A stretch of DNA of 56,496 bases, filler included, from Basidioascus undulatus (Eukaryota): NCBI GenBank assembly GCA_000826855.1. It is 4 parts of 4 records of this genome, joined end to end, with 100 filler letters (N's around TTAATTAATTAA, not from the genome) between each part and the next. Parts side by side here need not be neighbours in the genome. Positions count along the whole stretch, not along the records: positions 46,462 to 56,496 come from JTLS01001186.1; 3 more parts are not named here. One strand, written 5' to 3'. The position numbers and the translations under genes are program-made. This document shows, one piece after another, positions 46,462 through 56,496 of the stretch (position 1 is its first letter; each line of letters starts with the position of its first letter). The notes beneath the pieces were generated by a model. It searched no databases. It saw nothing but the letters and a program-made list of their open reading frames with translations, and was not told the origin of the DNA.

Positions 46462-48064
46462 CGTCCAAGAAAACCCCCCCCGCGAGGGTGGAGGATTCGG
46501 AGGGCAGTCTGTAGGCATCTGATGAGGGTACTCTTGCCCGTGCCACCAGGGCCGTAGAGGATGATCATCCTTGCTTGGGATGCCGGGTCCAGTAGGCAGT
46601 TGCCCACGGACCATAGGATGATGTCGAGCTGCATCCTGTCAGGGAAGAGACGGCTCAGGAAGTGGAGTACTACACTGGGGCTCTCCTTGATGCTCCACCT
46701 CGGAAGGACGCTGGATATCCTGATGGGCATGATGGACACTGACTCCACACGTGCCCCGGATGTCGCACTTATCCCACTGGGGTCGCGCCTCACAGCAGGG
46801 ACCGGCAAGTCAGTGGTGGTAACGTACGATCCCTCAATCCTCGAGCTGGTGAACTCGAGTAGCGACGTGGCCGCCTTCGACAGTGTTGTGGCAGCGAAGT
46901 GGCACGACGCAAGGGCGGTACTGCCCCCGGGGATGACTTCGGGCGAGCTTTGCAGGCTCGTCCTTGCCTGCGACGGCTACTCGTTGAGGTCCTCCAACTT
47001 CCCTAAGGGTGGACGACTCTGCGATGGTAGCCGCATGGAGGAAGATAGGGACACTCAGTAAGGTACTGGCAACTCACGGCCAGTGGATCGAGACCAGCGC
47101 CCAGCTCCGTACCGACACCGGCTTCATGCAATCACTAGGTGTAGACACAGCCCCTTGGTCCTCAGACACACCTCTCCTCGCCCGAGACCTGGGCTGGCCC
47201 GCGGATGAGATTTTGAAGAATGACGCTCCAATGGCAGCGCGTGGAGGGGGGGTATCATATACACATATGGGGGTATTGATGGGACTGCAGTCCTTGAAGG
47301 ACGGGTCAAGTGTCGATGTCTAAAACCCGCAGGCTTCCCACAAACGCCCCGCTTCCCTGGCTCGAGAGCGCAGCCCGTATCGCAGACGCGAGGGCGGAGT
47401 ATAGCCATGTCATCCCTGAGGGCTTGCCATTAAACTGAAGGTTCCCGATCGGCGACACCCCAAGGTAGCTGTAATCTGCATCACCTGCCGACTGGCCAGA
47501 TCTGACGAGGTGCCAGCCCCTCTTGCTAGCCGACTGCGTATCAAACGTGTATCCCGCGGGCAGGTAGCGTGCGAGGATCTTAAGGCTGTCTATCCCGAGG
47601 TAGCAGAGGACAGGGTCGTACCCCTCGTACAGGAGCCAGAAGGTAAGCTTGGAACCCCCTATGTTGAGGAACATTACGGTGTCACTCGGGTGGCGCGTTG
47701 TCAGCCCACGGTCCACGGCCGCGTGATAGGCTGCCAGCGACAGTCTACCCTCGACCTGGGAGGAGTTTCTGTACTCTCGCAGGTTCGCGAGCGCCGAGGG
47801 CGGTGCAAGAGCATCGCGGACCTACTCGGCAAGGCGTTGAATCTCTTTGGCACACCAGCGCTCAACTGCTCTGCGGCAGCCGGTTCACAGGGGAGCGAGG
47901 ACGTCTCAAAAGACGCCCGGCCTCGCGCCCGTCGCTGCTGCACCGGTCTCCCGCCACCGCGGGTTGTGCCAGACCTCCCCCTCGTTCTTCTTTCTTATCT
48001 TATCGCAATCTTTCCTATCCCACTACTTGATTTGTCGCACGGTGAAGTTGGGTCGCTTGGGCAT
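46462..48064 (-). mobile_element. Decayed intronless ORF encoding a D5/P4-primase-type SF3 helicase; candidate endogenous DNA-virus or Polinton-like element, truncated at the spacer
   Basis: FLSRLFPDRMQLDIILWSVGNCLLDPASQARMIILYGPGGTGKSTLI (Walker A at 46527-46553). The ORF can be traced back to ATG 48064 through in-frame stops and two frameshifts, with no introns. Confidence 0.7.
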
Positions 48065-48724
48065 GAGCCGGCCGGGCAAGACTGATTACACAACCTACTT
48101 TCGATCGACTTTAACTGGGCGCTCGATCGCACTTACTTTCAGTCTAGTCGGGCACTGACTTCTCCTATCTCGTTGTCACGCTTCGTTTCGTTTAAATGGG
48201 TTCTCACATGCTCTACTCATTCATATCTTGATTCCTCGTGCCTCGCCCCTGCTCACTTAATCCACCCGCGCAACGGGCGGAACGCAGGTCCAGCGGACGC
48301 AGTGTGCGTGCTTCCCTTTCCCCTCCCCATGCCCATGCCTTACTGCAGACTGCTCATGCTCATGCATTCCACGGTCTGGAAAATGCAAGTCATGGTTCAT
48401 ATTCTCGCTCGCTGTGTGTCGATCATGCAGTGCATCGCTGTTCTGAACAACGCAACATCTCCCACAGCTCGACCACATCTTGCGCCTCCCTACTCTCGTG
48501 CCATCTTACCATCCTTCGCTTTGATCAGCTGCATCTCGCAGCCGTCCAGCCTTATCATTTTATCGACTACGTCTTCATCTTTCGGAGTTCGATTCACCCC
48601 ATCATAAGTTCTAGCTGAGATCCTTCGCACTGGCTTTCTGTCATGCGAAGGGTTCCGCGTGGATTGAACCTGCTTGTTCATTCTTCAATCGTCGCAGATT
48701 CACTTTGAAGTCGAAGCCGTCGAC

Positions 48725-50136
48725 TCAATATCCCACTGGCACCATGGAGTTGCCAAACGCGCAGGCAATCATGCTCATTCCAAAGGAGATGCGGTACAGA
48801 AGGATTCCAGAATGACACAGCGTGATGCGACTACTCCTCGACCTCGCCCTCCGCGTCCTCCGCCCCGAGCTCCGCCGCGCACTTCCTCCTGTTTCTGCCC
48901 GGCTCGCTTCCTTCGGGACTCCGGGAGCGCTCTGGATGGGGAGGCGATGGTCGCGTTCGGTACGGGCGAGGGGAAGCGGGAGGGGGAAGGAGGGAAAGGG
49001 AGGGGGACGTCCGGCGTGGGCAAGGGGAACTAGGAGAAGGATGGAAGGTCTAGGTGGAGATGGCTGGGGGGCGTAGCGGGGTAGAAGTAAAGTGGCCAGA
49101 GCGAGGGGGAGAGGGAGGCGGATGGCGAGGAGGTGGGGCTCGGTGAAAGGACGAGGTTTAGAATCCAGGAGGCGGAGCGCCTCGGGATTAATCTGACCGA
49201 GTCCTGGTAACGAACGGGTTGCGTCGAGGATAAAGCCCGATCTGGCGAGTCGATGAGCGCCTCGACGATGCGCGGCGCTATGTGTTCGACCAGGCGACGG
49301 ATGCAGCCGTACCGGGCGTGGTAATGCTGCTTGAGCCCCCGTCGGCGGATACTTGGGAGGACAACGGCATCGGATGTCTGAAAATTGTTCGGAAAGTACG
49401 CGCCGTTGAAGACCGTGAGGAATAGGACTTCGAGCAGGGGGAGGAAGTTGGCAGAGAGGACGGAGCACGTCCATGACCCGCTAGACTGCGCAGCCACGCT
49501 GAGGTGGAGCACCCGCAGGCTGGAGTACGATACGAGCGTGCGCTAGTGGTACGTGTAGAGGCGTAGCGGGGCATGCTTGAGTCGCCGAACGTCGGGAACG
49601 AGCTTCGCGACAGTCGAGGGCGCGAGGTGGCCGAAGAGGCTGGTGAGGCGCGGGAAGCGTATGCGCCCAAGCAGCGACGGCAAGGTGCTGCGCGCGTCGG
49701 AGGGATTAAAAGCGAGGGTGAACGTCCGAACGCGCTGGGGCGGCTCCCAGACGAGTTGTCGCACGTTGTCGAGGCTGTGGAGGAGGAGGTGCTGGTCGGC
49801 GTCCTGAGCTTTGAGTGTTCCTCGGTGATCCGTGACAACGCGCTGAGAAGATGGAAGACAACGTCAGTTATTTTTCTGAAAACCAATAAACTGGACCATC
49901 CCCACACAATATCAATGCGTATGAAAGATATACTCACGTGGATTAGACGGCAGACACGCAGCAGGTTGCAACGCTGCAAGCACCACGCCTTGATGATCTC
50001 TTTGCGCTTCTCGTCGTCCCCTTGCGGAGCATCGGGGATGCCGCGGATCGGAAAGCTTGTCTAGCTCGTCGATGATTTGTTCGTGAACTTCAGCCGGGAG
50101 CGATCGGAGGAGCGGTCGTCGGTGGAGGTCTCTCAT
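48725..50136 (-). pseudogene. F-box-like hypothetical protein pseudogene
   Basis: N-terminal LRSLPAEVHEQIIDEL and LLRVCRLIH; downstream FPRLTSL and LPLLEVLFL segments distributed over several frames. Confidence 0.5.
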
Positions 50137-50261
50137 GGTGGAGCTGGACTTGTGGAAATGTAGCCTGCGCTGCAGTGCCCTAACTCCACACACTCCGTTG
50201 GGTTGGAAACGCATTTGGATGTCGACCTTGGCTGAGTGGTGCCAACCGGTGCACGTAGGTC

Positions 50262-50512
50262 CGGAGTCGGAAAAGCGCGCACAAGCGCAGGGGCGGGCGA
50301 CAGCCCGTGTACAGCAGCGGGGGAATGTTCCTACCATTCTTTATGTGGTCATATACGCATTCGGATGTCTGGATTTGGTCTGGATTCTGATGTCTCCGAA
50401 TGTGGTTACTGCTTGAGCTGGTGCGGGACGCGAAGGGTTGGGAAAGCAGGCACAAGTGCAGGGGCAGGCGACAGCGTGCATACGACAGCGGGGCCATCGA
50501 TGTTCCACTACC
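50262..50512. repeat. Imperfect direct repeat, two copies of about 75 bp
   Basis: GGAAAAGCGCGCACAAGCGCAGGGGCGGGCGACAGC..ATGTTCC versus GGGAAAGCAGGCACAAGTGCAGGGGCAGGCGACAGC..ATGTTCC, about 170 bp apart. Confidence 0.85.
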
Positions 50513-51024
50513 CAGCAGTGTTTATTACAACGAACATCCTGTCACATACCCGTTCAGAGTGAAGCAAAGTCAAGCGGACCGCCAGCTGAGCAGCATTCGA
50601 CAATGTCCAGCACCTGTGATATTATTTTTGGGTTGAATGTCTAACAGTGAGTTAGTGCACCATGGCTTGAAGGGAGGATGATTGACGGAGAAATGTGAGT
50701 GTCACGTCCAGCCGAATTTGTACCCTGCTCTCTGAAAGCGAGTGCAGGATGTTTCGGACTGCACGTAGTGCCATTCGTCGCTCGTGAATTGCGCTGCTCA
50801 CAAGCATGTGACGACGCCAGAAATACTCAACTCGTCCTCGGTCGATGCTTTAAAGCTCTTGGTCAACGCCTGTGAACTCCCCTTCACTCGTCCCAACTTC
50901 GCCAGCGCTTCACAACTCCTAGCATTCACCGCAACCTCCTCTTTCGCCTTGAACACGTGATCCCGCCACACTGTCTGCCATCTTGATGCTGAAGTTGAGT
51001 CTTATGTCCATCTTCTTGTGTCTC

Positions 51025-51975
51025 TCGGCGTTGCTTGGTCGGTCGATCGCCGCCGGCACACCCCCGTTTGCGCGCCTAGTAGTACTGCCCGCCCCAAGAG
51101 CGAGGGAGGATGGCTAGGTCGCGGACCCGCGAATAAGTTGGATGTAGGCTTAGATTAGCGAGCGACCGATCAATACACACGCCCGATTCGTCCGAGAATA
51201 TATGCTGGCTGACGTCCACTTTCTAGAGAGGCGAGGATCAAGACTCGATACACGCACCGGGGCAACGGTAGGAGCTCAATGTGGTGCGTCTTGATTTACG
51301 GCACCAATGTGGATTGATCCTAAGGATGGAAGGCTCTCATAGGGGTCTGGGGCGTTGGCAGCAACAGTAGGGGGAGGAGATGAGGCGGTAGGGGCGGGAG
51401 GTTAACAACCAGATTCATGCGCGTTTCACCTCTCTGAAAGAATGAACCAATGTGGAGGTCTGGCTTGATCTGAATTTAAGTATCACTCCCATCTTGTCGA
51501 GTCCCACGTTGTTGCATGGTCAGTCGACCGCTGCTGGCACACCGCGTCTGTGAGCCTACTTGCCCTGTCTCGCGCCAAGAGCGAGGGACGATGGCTAGGT
51601 CTCGGACCCGCGAACAAGTGGATATCAGCTTAGATGCGCGGTCGACTGATCCTTGCACTCGTCTGGTCGTCCGGAGAATATGTACTGGCTGACGTCCATT
51701 TTCTACAAAGGCGAGGATCAAGACCCGACACGCGTGCCCAACTGTCGGTGAGCAAATGGCAGAGTGCGTCTTGATTCGCGGGGCAATTGTGGCCTCTGGT
51801 TTGACTATGGAGCTATTGGTAGGTTTTTGGCGTGACTGGCAACAACGGTGGTTTGGGGCTCGGGGACGAGACGGTGGGGGAAGGGGGTGGGCGTCGGCGG
51901 TGATAAACGATCAGATTCATACACGCTGACTTCTCTGGAAATTGGACCAACAGGCAAGTCTCCCTCGATTTGATC
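51025..51975. repeat. Diverged tandem duplication, unit about 480 bp
   Basis: Shared blocks CCAAGAGCGAGGGA.GATGGCTAGGTC.CGGACCCGCGAA, CTGGCTGACGTCCA.TTTCTA, GGCGAGGATCAAGAC, GTGCGTCTTGATT and CAGATTCAT, in the same order in both units. Confidence 0.9.
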
Positions 51976-51999
51976 CCTTCAGAACTGGTTCGATAAGTT

Positions 52000-53961
52000 G
52001 TGACTACTAGCAAACCATATAACTGTCCTTCAACCGACACAGCTCGGCACGCCTGCAAGTCTTTTTCACGAGGCGCTGTTCGCGCTGAGTTGCTGCAAGA
52101 GGGTAGGGAGAGTGCCCACTTCTGGAGGGCCCGAATTAAAGGCGTCAGTGTATATGCACCACATACTCGACACAATACTTGTCTTTAAACGTTGGTGATC
52201 CGTCTTGGGTTTGCCGTAGTCATGACACGCAGCTGTATCTCCCTACCGGCGGAGTGTTGAAACCTCGCTCCCAGACGCCCGACAAGCCCTGGGGTGACAG
52301 TACAATTGATAGTTTGATTGAGTGACAACGAGGACCATCAAGTTACAACTGAGCGGAGTCACTCGTGTAGACGTGTTTAAATGTCTGGACGTCTCTGTCG
52401 TTCCACAAGGAAACTGGGAACGTTCCGCACCTCCGAGGCGACGACGCTGCTCTTCCTCTGCGGAAAAGCGGACCTTGAGCTCACGGAACCCTGTGGTTAA
52501 CGATACTTGACGGTTCATCTTCGCTGCTTCTTCTCCACCCAAGTGGCCACCCAGAGGAATCTGGAACTGTCTGGCGAGACGGCTCACGCACACACACACT
52601 CGACAAGCCTTCTCGAGTTAAAGCGATAGACTTCCGTATGGCATACATTATGCATGTCGCATCTTTGCCCGTGCTTAGTCCACGCAGTAAAGGCAGTCAC
52701 GCACTACTCTTCAACTTGCCAAGCAGCTCACCGGGCTAAGTTGTCCAGCTCAACAAGTTCGTTCTCGTCCTTCGCGATAGAGACCTCCCTGGACCGGCCG
52801 TCCAGTCCCTCAATCTCGACTTCCACAGGCCTTTGCTGCAGCTCGCGCCTTTCCACAGCCGGATCGTCCGCACCCTGAGCGGGTCCGAGGAGTGGTCGCT
52901 TTCATAATGCGAGCCGGAAGTGTCGTCCTCATACTAGATCCGTTCCTGAGTATCATCCCCCATCCCAATGCACAAGAAAACATACAGTATCGTCTGATCT
53001 TGACTCATCCTCCTCGGCGGAGACGTGTCCACGGTCGGGGTCGTCGTCATTAAAAACGAACGTCGGCGAGTCTTATGAGCCCCTCCTGTGTAAGCTACAC
53101 CTCTCCCTTCTTAGGAAAGTAAGAATAATCTCACCATGCAGATCATTGTCCGGGGTGGTGACAGCCGAGCGTGGCAAGGGAGACTTGAGCGGGATGTGTA
53201 CTTCTGCCGCCGGGCCACCGTCTCCGGTCGGCGAACGAGAGTTGTCCGAGTCGGAATTGTTGGACCGGGGAGCTGTGTACCTTGTTCCTGCTTGTGACCC
53301 CATCTGATTTCAAATCAAACCCTCAGAAAGCGGCCGTACTCACCCTAGGATGCCGCTCATCTTCTCCTCGTCCGCCTCTCGATGCAGCTTCCTTGTAGGA
53401 TAGGAGACGTCAACTCCGCCGGGTTGGACTTCTGTGCAGACGCTGCACGTTCAAAACGGCATGTCTATTCTGATGCGAGGTGATTGTGCAGAGGTGGGGG
53501 TGGAAGTGTAGGAAAGCGTGAGAAGGACAGCAAGCGCCAGTGATGAAGATGCACAAGCCGCAGAGCACTCCTTGCCTTTTCCGGCGCTTGAAAGGTTTCA
53601 TAGCTCTCGAGAAATTGGTGCATTAAGTGGAGAATCCACGAAATATTGAGGCAGCCGAAGCAAACTGAGGGGATCTGAGGCAACGCGAAGACGCTGTGGC
53701 ACACACTGAAGCAGGCTGAGGTCGAACCGCCGTTGCAAGGCGCCAACTCCCAGTACTGACGCGCCTCAGTATTTTCGGCTTTATTCAATATGCACCACAC
53801 TGAGGCGCGTCAGTGCAATTTCTACTAGGGAATTTTCCCCATACGAGATGCTCGAACGCGAATCCTACGTGAATACAACACTGAAGAGAACCCCGTTAGA
53901 AAGGCGCGACGCGATCGCTGCACTGTCAGCAATCATTCCCTTTGACAGTGCCCAACTAGTG
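52000..53961 (-). mobile_element. Degenerate CACTA/EnSpm-like DNA transposon (5' terminus plus transposase relic)
   Basis: The minus strand begins CACTAGTTGG at 53961, with subterminal inverted repeats. Relic protein pieces: *TCSVC...PGG...T..LH, CDMHNVC, RQFQIPLG...EEAAKM, MVLVV....QLY, LTPLIRALQ. Confidence 0.5.
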
Positions 53962-55541
53962 AATCACCTGTATCCACTCCACCGAGAGGTTTAACCCCAG
54001 TGGCTTCAGTCGCCGCGCGCAGCTGTTCCACCCCTGGCATAGGTCAGGCTGCCGCTGTACATGTCGTGGAGGCGACCTCGCTGCGCACCCCGAAACGACT
54101 GGATGCGCCTGCGGACGCCAACTTGACTTGGTCTGTGGATAAACACCACTGACTTCTGGTTCACGGTTGAATGAACAAACGTGCAGATCATGTTCCATCA
54201 AAGTAGCTGCTGCAGCGGAAGCAGCGTTTCCAGTTCTACACACTGCCCTGGCCAGACTCAGCTCCGCTTCCCCTATATCCTCATCATATATGTGTAGAAT
54301 ACGACAGTTCGCCCGGAGGCGATATCGCTGTTTTAACTGCAAGTCTTTCAACGTCAATTCAACGTGCTGGGTCCCGTCATCCGCGGTTTAACCTGAACTC
54401 CCTCGCCTCATGATCGGCACCCTGCAACACCGCCTCGAACACGAACGATCACCCTGTCCTCCAGAGGGGTGCACCTTCCTCCTATCCACATCGACCTCAT
54501 CACGCCCTTCCTGCACACCTCCATCCTCCAGCGGCCCAGCCCAGGCTTCCCACCAGTCAGCGAGCGTTTTGTCCTGAGAACATCGGGAGACCGGAGACCG
54601 CTCCTGGTATTCGCTCCGAAGTGGGCTTTGAGCTGAACTACTTCGTGAGTCTGATGCTTTGTGCCCGTTAAATTGGGCAGGTGGAGTGTCCCGGGTGTTG
54701 AGGTGTTAGGACGTGGGGGCTGGGCTGTGAAGTGGCAAACGAGGCGGCCTAGGGCCTGAAAGCGTTCATTCATTTCGCTTCGGGCTCGGAGCTGGGAGCT
54801 CGCATTGAGAGAGGTAGCTTCTTGGTCTCCGCTCAACTCGCCGTGCTTGTACATTTACTTGGGATCTTGCAGGTATCCGATGGGAGGATGGGAGTAAAAA
54901 TTCGGGGAATTTAGAGTGAGTGTAGGTGCCTGGCGGGCACACTTGGGGCGAGTTCTTCAGCGGATACCGGGTTTCGAGTGCTCGGGTGCTTGAGTCTGTG
55001 GCCTTTAGAGCGTATGGCATTTGTTGGTGAGGCGTTGCTTACAATGCATGCCTTGCTTACCAGTCTCGAATACCTCTGTTCTGCTATTGGCAGTCACAGC
55101 TGTGTGAGTGCTCTCGCTCAGGCACCGTCTTCACTCCCACTCTTCCATCGAAAATCCCTTTTCGAAATGCCACCTTTCCAATCTATCCTCGACCGTCGGC
55201 AATTTAAGCCTCCGGGGGCAGAGCCAGTCGATTTCCGAGTTCCGAGACTCACACTGAAGCTCGCTCAACTTCGTCGATCACACAACGCTGACTCGGAGAG
55301 TTGCCATTCCCTCCTTCCTCGTTCTTCCCTCGCCGCGCCATCGCGCGGATCAACACAGACTACTCTCACTGGTGGAGCTGTGTGAGGCGGCAGACTGTAC
55401 TCCTGCAGGCGAGGTATCGGTTGGATGAAGTTGCATAAGCGCACGAAGGGGGTCGCGAGAGAGGTGCGTCGCTTGTGCCTGGACTGGAGAGGAAGGTGTA
55501 GGCGGGTGAGTGGAGCTGACGCTCCTTTCCTCCAGCCCACC

Positions 55542-56496
55542 ATGATCCCCTGCTCCTCATCCTACAATCCCTATGCGCACCCACCCCCGCACCCACCGCC
55601 ATTCCCGACCCCCAACACCGCCCCGCGCTCCCCTCCCCCTCACCGCGCGCCCTTCCCACACCCAAACACAAACCCACACCTCCGCCGCCCATCCTCCTCC
55701 TCGGCAATCCACCCCTTCCCCACGCCCACGGAACCCTACCCCTACCCGCCCTTCCCCTCTCCCCACGCCGCTGCCGCGCCACCCCACCCGCGGCCATACC
55801 ACCGCGCCTCGGAGCCCACGCTCGGTCCGGCGGCGTACGCGCGCCCGCCTGCACCCCCGCCGCTCCCACGCCACGCGCACTCCGATCCAGCATACTTCCC
55901 CGCGCGCGCGCACCCTGCACCAGGCCCCGCCCCGCACCCTCCCGCAAACATGGCCGGCGTGGGCGTCGCCGCTGCACGCCGCCAGTCGCTCATGGCGATG
56001 CACCACCCGCCCGCGCTCCAAGCGGGGTACCACCCGTCCTTCGACAAGCGCCTTTCCCTTCCGCCCGAACCACCACCCCCGCCGCCGTCGCCGGGCGGCC
56101 CCTCTGTGTTCCCGAATCCTCATGACCCGAGGTACGTGCGCTCGCCCACCTCGCCGGGCGCGGACCCGGACCCGGAGCTGGCGCGCGCGCTCGCCGAGTC
56201 GGAGAAGACGTTCGAGGCGGACCTGGTGCGCCGAGAGACGCAGCGGCGGGCAGCGGACCAGGAGGCGCGCGCGCTAGCGGAGGTGCGGGAGCGGGAGTGC
56301 GAGGCGGAGCGGGAGCGCGAGAGAAGGGAGCGCGAGGAGGAGAAGGCCGTCGTGGAGGTTGCGCTTGCTGAGAGCTTGCGGGACGAGGAAGAGCGGCGGC
56401 GCCGGGTTGCGGGCGGGGGGGAGATGCGCGCGACCGCACCGCTGAAGCTGCAGCTGCCTGTAGGGGTTCAACAACAACAGCAGCAGCAGCAGCAGC
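55542..56496 (+). CDS. 5' part of a Pro-rich protein with UIM-like motifs, a coiled coil and poly-Gln; runs off the window
   Basis: Open frame from ATG 55542 (just after a probable 5'UTR intron ending at 55535) to the window end; DPELARALAESEK, EKAVVEVALAESLRD; CAA/CAG repeat from about 56469. Confidence 0.75.
   Translation, partial: MIPCSSSYNPYAHPPPHPPPFPTPNTAPRSPPPHRAPFPHPNTNPHLRRPSSSSAIHPFPTPTEPYPYPPFPSPHAAAAPPHPRPYHRASEPTLGPAAYARPPAPPPLPRHAHSDPAYFPARAHPAPGPAPHPPANMAGVGVAAARRQSLMAMHHPPALQAGYHPSFDKRLSLPPEPPPPPPSPGGPSVFPNPHDPRYVRSPTSPGADPDPELARALAESEKTFEADLVRRETQRRAADQEARALAEVRERECEAERERERREREEEKAVVEVALAESLRDEEERRRRVAGGGEMRATAPLKLQLPVGVQQQQQQQQQ

Noticed and set aside
46146..46600. Gypsy element and D5 helicase as one composite element
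   Set aside because: They sit on different contigs separated by an artificial spacer.
53965..55400. Short ORFs between the CACTA-like end and the last gene
   Set aside because: No recognisable motif, splice-consistent model or codon bias.

Overview
This is GC-rich, intron-dense fungal DNA, most likely basidiomycete (mostly 50-100 nt introns with GCTGAC-type branch sites). Four contigs are joined by 100-nt N/TTAATTAATTAA spacers, so adjacency across the spacers is not reliable. The first three-fifths holds ordinary spliced genes: a fungal transcription factor 3' end, CCT3, an MBOAT acyltransferase, KGD4/YMR31, an F-box/WD40 protein, a bHLH factor, APN1, a TB2/DP1/HVA22 protein, a DUF1479/Gig2-like oxygenase, DIB1, RSA3 and KIN17/RTS2. 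It also has two tRNA genes, an internally deleted ABCC transporter pseudogene and several decayed Ty3/Gypsy relics. The part after 36.3 kb is accessory-like: a frameshifted GT34, a PhyH dioxygenase, a UBX relic, an F-box-like pseudogene and a CACTA-like relic. Three observations stand out: (1) an intronless, decayed, roughly 530-codon ORF ending in a D5/P4-primase-type SF3 helicase P-loop, a candidate endogenous DNA-virus or Polinton-like element; (2) an AA9-LPMO-like C-terminus fused to three LysM modules, cut off by a chromovirus LTR inserted in its upstream intron; (3) an unusually long KGD4 intron with extensive stems and a pseudoknot or switch-like alternative pairing. All family calls come from motif recognition by eye; no searches were run.
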